Assembly: GCA_963799845.1 (NCBI GenBank)
Contig: CAWCYI010000004.1
Span: forward strand, 672,001 to 736,000
Source: an uncultured Nitrososphaerota archaeon
GTDB taxonomy: Archaea; Thermoproteota; Nitrososphaeria; Nitrososphaerales; CADDZS01
DNA length: 64,000 bases
Direction: 5' to 3'
This document shows positions 1 to 10,641 of this stretch, one piece after another. Position numbers and translations under genes: made by a program. How positions within the stretch are numbered: the stretch's first letter is position 1; every line of letters begins with the position of its first letter. The notes under the pieces were generated by a model. The model had not been told where the DNA came from. It saw only the letters and a list, made by a program, of their open reading frames with translations, and made no database searches.

Positions 1-609
1 ACCAACCGTCACTGATGAAACCTCGACTTCCTTCAGGCTCCTGAATAGGCTGTCAAGATCAGTCAGTATTAACTTTGGAATTAGCGGAGCCATCGAAACC
101 CAGGTTGTTATGCCAAAGTCACGTAGCTCTGCCAAAGCTTCCAGTCTTTTTTCAAGCGATGGAACTCCCGGTTCGTAAAACTTTGTAGGAACGGTGGAAA
201 TGGAGAAACCCACCCGAATCCAATCAAATTCTCTGAGGATATCAATATCCCTTAGAACGAGTGGAGACCTCGTTAGGAGGAGTACGGGAAATCTGTGCTT
301 TGAAAGCACTTTGAGAACCTTTCTTGTAATCTTGAATCTAGCTTCCACCGGCTGGTACGGATCAGACGCGCTTGAGACAAAGACTACCTGCTTTCTCGCT
401 CTCGCGAGCTCCCCGTCAAGAACGCTCGGTGCATTGATCTTCGCATCAACGTAATCTCCCCACCTTCTTTCATCGTGAATCAATGAAGGCGCGTAACAAT
501 ACACACACCCATGCGTACATCCTCTGTAAAGGTTGATAGTGTACTCGGTGGATGATCCAAAATTCATTTCATGTAGGAGCGAGGAGCATCTGATTTCGCG
601 TACTTCCAC
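1..609 (-). CDS. SPL/SplB-like radical SAM protein (DNA-repair associated), runs off the window edge
   Basis: Not in the ORF track. Manual translation from GTG at 609 gives VEVREIRCSSLLHEM...INLYRGCTHGCVYCYA (CxxxCxxC)...SSASDPYQPVE...TRSPLVLRDID...YEPGVPS, the typical motif order for this family. Confidence 0.88.
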   Translation of the reverse strand, partial: MEVREIRCSSLLHEMNFGSSTEYTINLYRGCTHGCVYCYAPSLIHDERRWGDYVDAKINAPSVLDGELARARKQVVFVSSASDPYQPVEARFKITRKVLKVLSKHRFPVLLLTRSPLVLRDIDILREFDWIRVGFSISTVPTKFYEPGVPSLEKRLEALAELRDFGITTWVSMAPLIPKLILTDLDSLFRSLKEVEVSSVTVG

Positions 610-723
610 TCTTGAATTTTTTGAACGTGCCGTCGAATGATCAAGAGAATTCTCTAGTGAGAAAAAAGAATTCAATGAAGCTGAAGACAATTCGCGAAAA
701 GTCTTATGTCATTTATTATAAAG

Positions 724-747
724 TGTTACTGTAATCTTACTGTAACA
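724..747. promoter_or_regulatory. Tandem TTACTGTAA operator-like site next to a TATA-like element, between divergent genes
   Basis: TGTTACTGTAA-TC-TTACTGTAACA: two copies 11 bp apart, nearly palindromic overall, right after TTTATTATAAA (712-722). Confidence 0.45.
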
Positions 748-853
748 TTTCAGAGATTTCCTGTCTGTAGTGTCAGTACGGCCTAGAAATCTTGTAAACA
801 TTTAATATTAAAGATCAGGTATAGATCTCTTCCGGCAACGAAGCGAAACGAAG

Positions 854-1923
854 TTGGAATACCAACCCATTCCCGAGCCCAAAAAGAGAGGATGGGCTGG
901 CGTAATCGGGGCTATTGTTGCGGTGATCTTGGTTGTCATCGTCGCACTTCTCGTTTTGCCCAGCATATTTTCAATTAGCAGCTTCTCTCGAGCAATGATT
1001 CGACCTCGACTTTTGTCGTAAGCCCCGCCAACTCGAACTCGTCCGTCCCAAGTTCCACGGTTGAGATAACTTATCCCGCAGATTATGATCAGCTGGTAAA
1101 TTACTCCCTGACGATCATTAACGAAAACAGGACCAGTTCCGGGCTGTCCCCCGTGACGCTCAGTCCTGAGCCCTCGGGACAGCAACATGCTGATTCCATG
1201 CTCGCGAATAATTATTTCAGCCACTGGGACACGCAGGGTGAAAAACCCTACATTCGTTACACCACTCTGAACGGCACTGGATTCGTCGAAGAAAATGTTG
1301 CCTACGAATACACTAGTCTGCCCACGTTTACATCAACGGCCCAGGTCGAGAGGGCAATTGGATCTCTCGAATGGCAGATGATGAATAACGACTCTGAGTG
1401 TTGCGGCAACGGTCACAGGGACAACATACTGAATTCGTTTCACAACAGGGTGTCGATCGGCGTGTCCTACGATGCTACGCATGTTTATTTCGTGGAAGAT
1501 TTCGAGACCTTCCTGACCAGTCTTGTCACCCCCATCTCTCAGGGGAACTCAGTAACACTTACCGGAAACACATCTGGGACAATCAATCCGAATTCAGTAT
1601 TGATCTTTTACGATCCACTTCCGACATCGCTCAGCAGCGACGCGCTCAATTCGCAGTATGCTGGATCTTACGACCAGGGTACTTTTCTAGGAGGGATAGT
1701 ACCTCCCTGCAGCAATCTCTTGGGCCGTTGCCTGGAATTTGCTCAGGGCATCACCGAGCAAGCTTCAACCTGGCAGGTTGGTGGAAATACGATCAATATC
1801 CAATTCTCTCTTTCAAACTTCATTCAAAAGAACGGAGATGGAGTCTATACTATTTATCTGGTGCAGGGATCACAAGACAATCCCGAGTTTCTCACGAGCA
1901 TCTCCGTGTTTATCTCGGGTTGA
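854..1923 (+). CDS. Membrane-anchored CAP (SCP/PR-1) domain protein, one frameshift near 988
   Basis: TTG at 854 gives MEYQPIPEPKKRGWAGVIGAIVAVILVVIVALLVLP (TM helix). After a 1-base shift it joins the 1153 frame with CAP motifs IINENR, QQHADSM...YFSH, ENVA, GHRDNILN, VSIGV. Confidence 0.8.
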
Positions 1924-2047
1924 ACCCCCTGAATCCTTGATCTTGTGGGACACTAGCAACATGCCCGAACATACTGACCTGGAACAGATAAATCCGGCTT
2001 CATACCCTAATTGACCTAAGTGCGTGTAGATTTCGGAGGCGGAACAA

Positions 2048-2905
2048 TTGGATGACCAGTTTATCTCGAAGATAGAAGAGCTGAAGGATCTCAATCTCGC
2101 AATTGCAACTATCACAAAGACCTTCGGATCAACCCTCGGCAAGCCGGGGTTCAAAATGATTATCTCAGAAGGTGGCGAGATAGTCTACGGGACTCTGGGT
2201 GGCGGCTGTCCTGAAGGACCAATCGTTAGAGTGGGCCTCGACGTGATGAAAGCGCAGCTCCCAAGAGTTGTGAAGGTCTATCTCGAGGATGCCAAAACCG
2301 CTCTTGGAAAAATATCGATTTCAGACGACGGTGACGAAATCCACGTGGAGACTAACTGCGGCGGTAACATGGAAATTCTCGTTGAACCATATTCGCCCAG
2401 ACCCATTTTGATGGTCTTCGGTGATACTTTCAACAGCCCCTTAGAGCGGACGATTGTCAATGTTGGAAAGGAAATTGGATTCAAGACGATCGAGCATAAT
2501 CCGCTCGGCGCTTGCGGTCAACCGGACCTTGCAAGTACAACTCTTGACATCGATTCCATAAAAATACCTGAAGGCGCGTACGTAGTCCTAGTCACTCGAG
2601 GTGTCAACGACGCTCCCCTCCTGAAGCATCTCTCCGAGTTCAAATTAAGCTACGTTGGAATGGTCGCCAGCGAGAATAGATGGAGGGCCACCAGAGACGA
2701 ACTGATCGAGCTGGGTGTCAGCAAAGAGTTTGTGGGGAAGGTCCACTCTCCCGCCGGGCTTGACATCAATTCAGTTCTGCTCGAGGAGATCGCAGTTTCA
2801 ATACTAGCCGAAATAATCGAATACCGAAGGACAGATCAGAAGGAAAAGCAAGTTGGAACAGCAAGAATGGTTCCGAAATCTCTCTCCCAGACTTTCGGCC
2901 GCTAA
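2048..2905 (+). CDS. xdhC: XdhC/CoxI family molybdenum-hydroxylase maturation protein
   Basis: GTLGGGCPE, CGGNMEILVEP, YVGMVAS, HSPAGLDI...EEIAVSILAEI motifs. Confidence 0.88.
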   Translation: MDDQFISKIEELKDLNLAIATITKTFGSTLGKPGFKMIISEGGEIVYGTLGGGCPEGPIVRVGLDVMKAQLPRVVKVYLEDAKTALGKISISDDGDEIHVETNCGGNMEILVEPYSPRPILMVFGDTFNSPLERTIVNVGKEIGFKTIEHNPLGACGQPDLASTTLDIDSIKIPEGAYVVLVTRGVNDAPLLKHLSEFKLSYVGMVASENRWRATRDELIELGVSKEFVGKVHSPAGLDINSVLLEEIAVSILAEIIEYRRTDQKEKQVGTARMVPKSLSQTFGR

Positions 2906-2930
2906 TCTGGTCTAGTCTTTGAACATATTC

Positions 2931-3860
2931 TCACTTATCATGAACTATCTGAACTGGTTCGGGCTTTATCGTTATTCGCCCTAACGAGACGATCTCCTGT
3001 CGCATCATCTTCGCAACTTCCTGGGTAATCGCGTCTGCCTTGAACAGCGATATATTTCCATCGACCTTCAGGTGCATCTCAACTGTAAGGAATGGTCCGT
3101 TCCTCCTCACTCGCAGATCGTCGATTGCATAAACTCCCGGAACGGCTGACGCGATGTTCTTGATCGTCTCGATCATTTCTGGATTACCATAGGCATCCGC
3201 CAATACCAGAGAGCTCTCTTTCACCGCAAAATAACCAGCTACCATAACAAAGACTCCGATTACGAGAGCAGAGAGGGAATCGAATTCATAGAGTCCAATT
3301 GAGCTCAAACCTATGCCAATAAAGGCGATTAAAGAAGCTGAAGCGTCTTTTATGGAGTTGTAAGCATCCGTCCGGAGAGACACAAGACCACTAGATTTCG
3401 CGTAGGTCTGCTTCGCTTTGGCAAGAATGACGGCTGTAACAATCGAGATAAAAGCTATCAGGAGCGGATAAAAAAACGACGACTGGTGGTGCGAGGCAGG
3501 TTTGAGATATACTTGCACTCCCGTATAGCTGATGACTAAGCCTGATGCCACCATGATCATCGCGGCAAATAGTGAAAATATCGCGTCGAATTTGTAATAA
3601 CCATAATGGAATTTACCGTCTGCCTTTTTTTGTGAATATCTTATCCCAAACCAGACTGTAAGAGAGACAATGGCGTCCACGAACGAGTGGATGCCGTCCG
3701 CAGAAAGAGCGAGGCTGCCGAAAATTGTACCGACACCGAGTTCCAGAACTCCAATAGCAAGATTCACGAAGAAGGAGATGATCGCAATTCGCTGACCTTT
3801 TGATACCCTTTGGCTCATCTGGGCGCGGATAGTTTCCCGCGCGGGATCAGCGTGAAACAT
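2931..3860 (-). CDS. Cation diffusion facilitator (FieF-like)
   Basis: SLALSADGIHSFVD, FHYGYYK, six TM segments, C-terminal DLRVRRNGP...EMHL dimerisation domain. Confidence 0.9.
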   Translation of the reverse strand: MFHADPARETIRAQMSQRVSKGQRIAIISFFVNLAIGVLELGVGTIFGSLALSADGIHSFVDAIVSLTVWFGIRYSQKKADGKFHYGYYKFDAIFSLFAAMIMVASGLVISYTGVQVYLKPASHHQSSFFYPLLIAFISIVTAVILAKAKQTYAKSSGLVSLRTDAYNSIKDASASLIAFIGIGLSSIGLYEFDSLSALVIGVFVMVAGYFAVKESSLVLADAYGNPEMIETIKNIASAVPGVYAIDDLRVRRNGPFLTVEMHLKVDGNISLFKADAITQEVAKMMRQEIVSLGRITIKPEPVQIVHDK

Positions 3861-3902
3861 GTATCTTGTGCTGAACTAGTCTGGTTGTTACTAAAAAGTG
3901 TG

Positions 3903-5162
3903 TTATCGTGCCTTCTTGGTTAGAAGGGGAAAAGCGAAAACAAATACGATGAACCCGATTGGTGGAACAAGGAACGGAATGGCCAGGGATGTCCCGGAAA
4001 TCGACCCTCCAATTATCGGCCCCAAGCATGCTCCCACTCCGATGGAAGACTCGAACAGACCCGCGTTACGGCCTAACTTGCCCGGACTCGACTCTGCAAT
4101 CATGCCGGTTTGCGCGATTGCGTAGACAATTGATATCCCGATTCCGACTATCGCGTAGGCTACCAGGTAAGCGATCCCAGAGGGGTCTCTCACAAAGATC
4201 AGGAGGCTCGAAACGGATGTCATTGCAAGAGCCAAGAACATGTTTCGGGCTCTCTTGTCGGAACGGAGAAGAGCGTACCGAACTCGCTGATTTACCGTCA
4301 AAACATAGAAAAGAAATCGTCCAAACCCGAAGACGAAAGTGATTACCCCAACCAGTAGTATGGAGATTCCCATCGACCTCGCGTAGGGGGCAAAGAATGT
4401 GAATAAGACTCCGGAAGAAGCCGCCGCGAGCGCACACGTCACCATGTAGAACTTCATATCGAGCTTCTTGGTTATCTTCGGAGCAATCTCCAGGTCATTA
4501 GTTTCTGAAATTGGGACCTGATTAAATTGTGGGGCTTTCTGAGGCTCTCCGCGATGAAATAGAGAAGGATACAAATTCACCGCGAGAGTCAAGACCATGA
4601 TGAAAAATGTCAGTAGAAATGCGTCCCGGATCGAAGTTAGGAAAATTAGAGCAGAACCCATTAGCGGGCCTACGGCAGCGGCACTAGACCACGAAACATT
4701 GTAAATACTAAAGGCCTTCTTTGCATCCATCGAAGTCACGTCCTTACTTATCGCAGCATCCATGGCGGGCCAAAGCATCGCCCACCCTATTCCCTCGAAG
4801 ACTCGAGCTATGATGAGAGAAACTGGATTAGATATGAGGACGTAGGCTATTGAGACTACTGAAAGCACGGTAAACGAGGAGATGATGAAAATTCTCCGCG
4901 AGCCTCTTCGGTCGGAAAAATGCCCCATAACGAACGGCATGAAAGAATAAACGACGTTCGACGCGCCTCCCACCAAGCCTATCTCAAACAGGCTCGCGCC
5001 CAGTCTTGAAGCGAGGAGCGGAACGAATAATGCGTAAATCGGAAGAGCCAGATTTCCCGCAAATGCCGAAAAAAGATATCTTTGGAAATCTCCCGAGAGA
5101 TTTTTTGGGAATGAGAAAAATCCTCTTTCGACATTAGGTTCTCTAAGATTGCGATTGGACAA
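3903..5162 (-). CDS. MFS transporter
   Basis: About 12 TM segments, motif A GHFSDRRGSRR, ARVFEGIG. Confidence 0.9.
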   Translation of the reverse strand: MSNRNLREPNVERGFFSFPKNLSGDFQRYLFSAFAGNLALPIYALFVPLLASRLGASLFEIGLVGGASNVVYSFMPFVMGHFSDRRGSRRIFIISSFTVLSVVSIAYVLISNPVSLIIARVFEGIGWAMLWPAMDAAISKDVTSMDAKKAFSIYNVSWSSAAAVGPLMGSALIFLTSIRDAFLLTFFIMVLTLAVNLYPSLFHRGEPQKAPQFNQVPISETNDLEIAPKITKKLDMKFYMVTCALAAASSGVLFTFFAPYARSMGISILLVGVITFVFGFGRFLFYVLTVNQRVRYALLRSDKRARNMFLALAMTSVSSLLIFVRDPSGIAYLVAYAIVGIGISIVYAIAQTGMIAESSPGKLGRNAGLFESSIGVGACLGPIIGGSISGTSLAIPFLVPPIGFIVFVFAFPLLTKKAR

Positions 5163-5294
5163 TTTTTCTCGTCATCCTGGCTGCACAAGCGTTGTTGAAC
5201 AATTGGCTTGCGAATCAGAAAATTCTTCTTCTAAAATGAAAACCCAGAAATTATGGTATTAAGCCTTCACGTGAACAAATGTTAAACCCGGGAT

Positions 5295-5426
5295 TCATGA
5301 ATCTTTGTACAGGATTGAAACTGCGGATCCGCACTCCTTGCAGAGTTTGAGATCCACGTCTGGCTTTCTAACATAGATCACTTCATTCTCTTTATTGCAA
5401 ACGGGACAGAACTTGCGCTCGGCCAT
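5295..5426 (-). CDS. Small zinc-ribbon protein (43 aa)
   Basis: MAERKFCPVC...LKLCKECG (two CxxC), directly downstream of thrC. Confidence 0.65.
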   Translation of the reverse strand: MAERKFCPVCNKENEVIYVRKPDVDLKLCKECGSAVSILYKDS

Positions 5427-5451
5427 TTCAGTTTCCTGGATTAGATGCTGC

Positions 5452-6744
5452 TCACGCGAGAATTTTCTCCAGAGACTTTGCATCTGTGGAAATTGTTTGA
5501 ATTTGATCTGGCTTGACGCCTTCCAGCAGGGCGTTTGGATCTTTTAGTCCGTTGCCTGTGCAAATGCACACGATCGTTTCATGCTTCATCTGATCAAATT
5601 CATCCGATCCTGCGCTCGCGATTTTAGCAAGGTAAGCGATCGGCGTTGCAGAAGCAGGTTCAACGAAAAGTCCTTCTTTCGATGCCAGCAGTTTTTGCGC
5701 GGAGAAAATTTCTTCATCAGACACAGAATCTGCACGACCGCCAGAATCGTAGATCGCCGCTAGCGCCTTCATCCAGCTTACCGGCGATCCTATGTTAATG
5801 GCCGATGCCTCAGTTTGAGGGTTCAATACAGGCTCGATGGAATCCTTTCTTCCCTTCTTGAACGCGTGGGCAATCGGAGCCGCCCCCTCGGCTTGCACGC
5901 CGATCATTTTCGGCGGATTTTTCCCTAGGTGGTTTCCAAACAATCCTCCAAGCCCGTCCTCAAATATCTCGGAAAATCCCTTCCAAGCGGCCGATATGTT
6001 GCCGCCGTTCCCAACTGGAAGAACTAGAAAATCAGGAAAAGTTCCTCCAAGCTGCTCAACTATCTCAAACGAGACGGTCTTCTGTCCTTCAATTCTAAAC
6101 GGATTCAGGGAATTTAAGAGGAGAATCTTGTTGTCTCTTTCGCAGATCTCGCTTGCGACTCTCAGCGAGTCGTCGAAGTTGCCGTCCACCTGGTAGATTT
6201 CGGCACCGTAAGCGATCGCCTGCGCCATCTTACCCATGGCTATCTTCCCCTTTGGTACTAGAACGATACACCTCATCTGAGCTCTTGCAGCGTAGGCTGC
6301 GAGTGAAGCCGACGTGTTCCCAGTGGACGCGCACATTGCTATCTTGTAACCGAGCTCCTTTGCTTTCGAAACTCCCACGGTCATCCCGCGATCTTTGAAC
6401 GAGCCCGTCGGGTTCAGGCCTTCAAATTTTACAAGTAGAGACTTTACTCCGAAGAATGCAGCGAGATTACGACATTCGATGAGGGCCGTTCCACCCTCTG
6501 AAAGTGAAACAATGTTACTCCTGTTCCATAACGGAAGCAAGTCGAAGTAATTCCAGACGCCAAATGAAGCGACGGAACGTGGAGATTTTGAACTGGATAA
6601 ACTGGCAATTCGTCTAACTTCCAGAAGATTGCCGCACTGCGAACAACGGTAAAACTTGCCATAATCATCAATACTAAACTCCGTCTTACACGCAAAACAA
6701 CGAAGAATGTATTGCTCTCTTTTCTGCTGAATTTCGGCAGTCAT
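5452..6744 (-). CDS. thrC: Threonine synthase
   Basis: NPTGSFKDRG PLP lysine, ASTGNTSAS, PVGNGGN, N-terminal CxxC Zn ribbon; downstream of asd. Confidence 0.95.
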   Translation of the reverse strand: MTAEIQQKREQYILRCFACKTEFSIDDYGKFYRCSQCGNLLEVRRIASLSSSKSPRSVASFGVWNYFDLLPLWNRSNIVSLSEGGTALIECRNLAAFFGVKSLLVKFEGLNPTGSFKDRGMTVGVSKAKELGYKIAMCASTGNTSASLAAYAARAQMRCIVLVPKGKIAMGKMAQAIAYGAEIYQVDGNFDDSLRVASEICERDNKILLLNSLNPFRIEGQKTVSFEIVEQLGGTFPDFLVLPVGNGGNISAAWKGFSEIFEDGLGGLFGNHLGKNPPKMIGVQAEGAAPIAHAFKKGRKDSIEPVLNPQTEASAINIGSPVSWMKALAAIYDSGGRADSVSDEEIFSAQKLLASKEGLFVEPASATPIAYLAKIASAGSDEFDQMKHETIVCICTGNGLKDPNALLEGVKPDQIQTISTDAKSLEKILA

Positions 6745-6808
6745 ACAAGAAACCTACCAGAGGAATCTACTTAATTGTCTTGAGAAATTGGGAAAGAGTT
6801 TTCCTTGA

Positions 6809-7828
6809 TCAAATATCGTATTGTTTGACAAGTAATTCCGCAGTTAGTAAAGCGCCACCGGCCGCACCCCGAATTGTATTGTGAGTCAGGAGGTGGTATT
6901 GCAGAGTCCTTTGGCCCGAACGCCTAACTCTACCGACGACGGTCGACATTCCCTTCCCTTCCATACGATCCAGCCTCGGCTGCGGACGATCTTGTTCTTT
7001 TCTCAAAACAATCGGTCTTTTTGGGGCGGAAGGAAGTTTGAGCTTTTGCGGCAATCCGGTGAATGATTCGAAAACACCTTCAGGATCTCTGATCGCATCT
7101 GCGCTCTCGAGGTAAACAGATTCCAGATGACCATCGATCACAGCTACCCGATTGCATGAACAGAAAATGTTGATTGAATTAGGGCTAATGGAATTCTTGG
7201 AAACATTACCGAGAAGTTTGTTAGTCTCAGCGGGCACCTTTTCTTCTTCCCCAGGAATATAGGGAATCACGTTGTCCTCGATATCGAGAGAAGGGACTCC
7301 AGGATAACCTGCGCCCGAAAGCGCCTGGAAAGAGGTCATAACGACCTTTTTTACCGAGAATGCGTCGTTGAGCGGTTTGAGGCTTATCGCGAGACCAATC
7401 GTAGTACAATTGGGCGTCGCGAGGATAAATCCAAGGTTTTTCTTCAGACGTCCTTCAACCAGTTTCAAATGGTCCGGATTTATCTCTGGAATCAGAAGCG
7501 GGACGTCCGGATCCATTCGATGTGGGGACGCGTCAGTTATTACTTTGAAACCGCTCTCAGCGAATTTCGATTCGGTCTCCCTTGCAACCGCGGTGGGGAG
7601 TGGAGAGAACACAAGGTCTGCCTCGATCTTCGAGGGATCAGAATCTTTGATCTCAATTGATCGCATGCTTGTTGGAAGATCAGGCGACACATCACCAAGT
7701 TTCATTCCCACTTTGCTGTTTCCAGTCGCCTCTGTAACTCGAAACCAAGGATGATCCTTCAGCATCTCCAAGTATTCTAGTCCGACCTTGCCTGTGGCTC
7801 CAAGCACTGCTACATCGATTCTTCTCAT
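6809..7828 (-). CDS. asd: Aspartate-semialdehyde dehydrogenase (archaeal type)
   Basis: GATGKVG, PNCTT catalytic Cys, QALSGAG, HNTIRGAAG. Confidence 0.96.
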   Translation of the reverse strand: MRRIDVAVLGATGKVGLEYLEMLKDHPWFRVTEATGNSKVGMKLGDVSPDLPTSMRSIEIKDSDPSKIEADLVFSPLPTAVARETESKFAESGFKVITDASPHRMDPDVPLLIPEINPDHLKLVEGRLKKNLGFILATPNCTTIGLAISLKPLNDAFSVKKVVMTSFQALSGAGYPGVPSLDIEDNVIPYIPGEEEKVPAETNKLLGNVSKNSISPNSINIFCSCNRVAVIDGHLESVYLESADAIRDPEGVFESFTGLPQKLKLPSAPKRPIVLRKEQDRPQPRLDRMEGKGMSTVVGRVRRSGQRTLQYHLLTHNTIRGAAGGALLTAELLVKQYDI

Positions 7829-7988
7829 TGCATTCAGCTACCCTTTCTGATCATAATCGCTTTGGCTATCGAGGAATCCACTTTAGCGAAAATTCATTGT
7901 AAAGCTTTTCCTACTCAATTTAGGCAAGATCAAAGTTTTGTTGGAAAATCGAAATGGTTAATAGGAAATATGCGATCTGAGAACAGCC

Positions 7989-8561
7989 TTGCAATCTTCG
8001 ATCTCAAAAAGCGTGCCTGATCTGATCTTCGGGGGAATCGAGCGCGTACGAGAGATGAATCCTGATTTTCAGGAAGCCTATGACACGTACCTGCAACAGT
8101 ATGGTCGTGGAAAAATCGCTCTCAGCGAACCAGTGGATTTGACCAATTCGATTGATCCCGTCGTCCTCATTCTCGGACGAAACTGCGCCATAACGTTCAG
8201 CGATTCTACGAAGCATCTGAAAGGGAGTCAGGGTGGTCTGAGCTTTTTACTAAATGAAATCTACGTCGTCGGCAGGAGAGAACCTCAAGATTCCAAGTTA
8301 GTCGTCTGGAGTTCGAGAGGTGGAATTGAACTTGAGGAATACAACTCGATGGTGGATACAATACCATCGAGGGTCCATGGTGTCTTCGCTAACCTAGCAG
8401 ATGGTAGGACCCTGTATGCCGACTTGGGAAGCTCGGCCGGCTCCATAATTGTAGGTCAATCACGCGAACTTGGAGGAGCTTTCGTCAGGATATACGATCC
8501 GGGTTCGAAGGAATCGCCGACAATTAGGTCGGACCGGATATTCACTTCCAGAAGAACCTAA
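7989..8561 (+). CDS. Divergent FHA-domain protein
   Basis: FHA motif order VGRR...PSRVHG...DLGSSAGS; the usual Asn of the NGT motif is absent. Confidence 0.6.
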   Translation: MQSSISKSVPDLIFGGIERVREMNPDFQEAYDTYLQQYGRGKIALSEPVDLTNSIDPVVLILGRNCAITFSDSTKHLKGSQGGLSFLLNEIYVVGRREPQDSKLVVWSSRGGIELEEYNSMVDTIPSRVHGVFANLADGRTLYADLGSSAGSIIVGQSRELGGAFVRIYDPGSKESPTIRSDRIFTSRRT

Positions 8562-8580
8562 GCAGAGTAAGAAACTACAC

Positions 8581-9765
8581 TCACGAAGCGTCAAGTGCGT
8601 CTTTGAATTCTGCTTCTGTCGAATCGTAAGGTTCGATTCCGACCGATACTCTGATCATCGCATCCGTAATTCCCGATCCTCGTTTTTGTTCCTGCGTTAG
8701 ACTACGATGTGAAGTCTTGCCGGGGTGGGAAATTGCCGTGTGTACCCCGCCGAGAGAAGGGGTCAGGGTTACGGTTTTCAACGACTTGACGAATCTGCTT
8801 GCACTTATAAGCCCCCCAATCAAATCAAAGGACAGCATTCCTCCGAAAATTCCATCCTCGAAAATTCTCCTCGCCAGTTCGTGCTGCGGGTGAGAACGTA
8901 GTCCCGGATAGTACACCTTCGAGATCTTATCCGATCTCGATTCTAGATAATTCGCAAGCCTGATTGCGTTATTGCTAGACTGTCTCACTCTAACTTCCCA
9001 TGTCGAAGCACTTCGAGTTGCGAGCCAGCAGTCAAATGGCCCTGCGATAACTCCCGATCTCGTGCAAAATTGCGAAGCCCGCGACATCAAATTAGACGTG
9101 CCGCACAAGATTCCGATAGTAAGATCATCATGACCTCCCAAATATTTAGTTCCGCTGTGCATTACGATGTCGGCTCCAAACTGCGAAGGTCTGACGACAA
9201 ATGGAGTGGCGAATGTGTTATCGACAAGAAGGACCGATCCCGCTTTGCGTGAAATCTCGGCGATTCTCGGAATATCGCACACCTTCATTGTTGGATTGGA
9301 AATTGTTTCTACAAGCACCATCTTCGTGTTCGTTTCGATAGCTTGCTCCAGTTCTTCAATCGACGTAGAATCTACAAATGAGCTCTTTATTCCAAGCCTT
9401 GGAAATTCATCTTTCAGAAGCGAGGATGTCCCGCCGTACAAATCCTTCGAAGCAACAACACGGTCACCCACTCCTAATGATGAGAGAATTGCAACAGCCA
9501 GAGCGCCCATCCCGGAGGAACAGACAACTCCTGCATCTGTTCTCTCGTAATCAGCTACGAGCTGCCCGAGCTCTTTGGAGTTCGGAAGTCCGTTTCTGGA
9601 GTAGAGGAATCCATCGGGAATCCTGCCTTCGTAAAAATCATCGAGCGATTCCAGATCTGGGTAATCGTAAACTGAAGTCTGAAAGATCGGTGTGGAATGT
9701 GGCTTTACGTTATCCCAGATTTTTCTTTCTTTCTTTGATTTCTCCTTACTTCGGATCGCCGGCAT
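8581..9765 (-). CDS. Cys/Met metabolism PLP enzyme (cystathionine gamma-synthase/lyase family)
   Basis: PIFQTS, YSR..PN, SSGMGA, DNTFATP, HSGTKYLGGH, SLGG, IRVSVGIE. Confidence 0.93.
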   Translation of the reverse strand: MPAIRSKEKSKKERKIWDNVKPHSTPIFQTSVYDYPDLESLDDFYEGRIPDGFLYSRNGLPNSKELGQLVADYERTDAGVVCSSGMGALAVAILSSLGVGDRVVASKDLYGGTSSLLKDEFPRLGIKSSFVDSTSIEELEQAIETNTKMVLVETISNPTMKVCDIPRIAEISRKAGSVLLVDNTFATPFVVRPSQFGADIVMHSGTKYLGGHDDLTIGILCGTSNLMSRASQFCTRSGVIAGPFDCWLATRSASTWEVRVRQSSNNAIRLANYLESRSDKISKVYYPGLRSHPQHELARRIFEDGIFGGMLSFDLIGGLISASRFVKSLKTVTLTPSLGGVHTAISHPGKTSHRSLTQEQKRGSGITDAMIRVSVGIEPYDSTEAEFKDALDAS

Positions 9766-9986
9766 TGTCTATAGGTTTGAAAACATCCAGCATAGCTTGA
9801 TAAAGTTCTATCTAGTTATCGGCAGTTCATCAGCATAAACCCGGCTCAAGCTGGCAGAGACTGATCAAATTGTTATTCCTTTCGTGGATTTTGCTGTTTT
9901 GATGCGAGCGTCGCAGTAAAGTCAAGAACACTGGTGCGAGTTATGCTCGCACACATCAACTTCTTCCAGATTATAGCGCCATAAGA

Positions 9987-10634
9987 TCAGAAGTTTCTGA
10001 TGATACTAATTTCGCCTTTTTCATACACTGTCTTCATCTGAAATTTCTTTCGTAACTCTTCGGACAGTTTCTTGTTATGTACTTCGATTACTGAGTGCTT
10101 GTCAATAGAGGTCAAATTCAAAAGCTGTTCCTCGCAACCCTCACAATCCATCTTGAGAAAATCGTAACTGTAAGAAATTCTTGCGAGAGAAAAGTATTCA
10201 TTCAAGAGCTCTACGTTCCAGCCGTTGACCCTAGAATTTTCGCTGAGAATTTCGAAGGCTTTCTTATCGGGCTCGATAGAGATAACTTTACTGGCTCCGT
10301 TCTTGAGGAAAAAATAAGCAGTTTCGCCGCAGCCTGCTCCTACATCTAGAACAACTTGACCTTTGATTCCCTTCCTATGGTCGGGAGGCAGATACCATTT
10401 CTTCCATTTCGTGTACTCGGAAAGAAACATCTGGCGGTATCCAGAAAGTAGCTTGATCTTCGACCCGTTGATCTTCAGCACGCTTAGTTCGTCGCTATCC
10501 TCAAGCAACTTCCAGCTTCTTGCCGTCCACAACAGCCCAACAAACTCGTGGGGCCAGAATTCTGCCTCGTGAATTACTATAAACGGAATATGTCTGCGTT
10601 TAGACAGTCTAATTGATACTCCTCTCGGAATCAA
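9987..10634 (-). CDS. FkbM-like SAM-dependent methyltransferase
   Basis: VLDVGAGCG, ISIEP, FLKMDCEGCE. Confidence 0.85.
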   Translation of the reverse strand: MIPRGVSIRLSKRRHIPFIVIHEAEFWPHEFVGLLWTARSWKLLEDSDELSVLKINGSKIKLLSGYRQMFLSEYTKWKKWYLPPDHRKGIKGQVVLDVGAGCGETAYFFLKNGASKVISIEPDKKAFEILSENSRVNGWNVELLNEYFSLARISYSYDFLKMDCEGCEEQLLNLTSIDKHSVIEVHNKKLSEELRKKFQMKTVYEKGEISIIRNF

Positions 10635-10641
10635 AGTTGGG

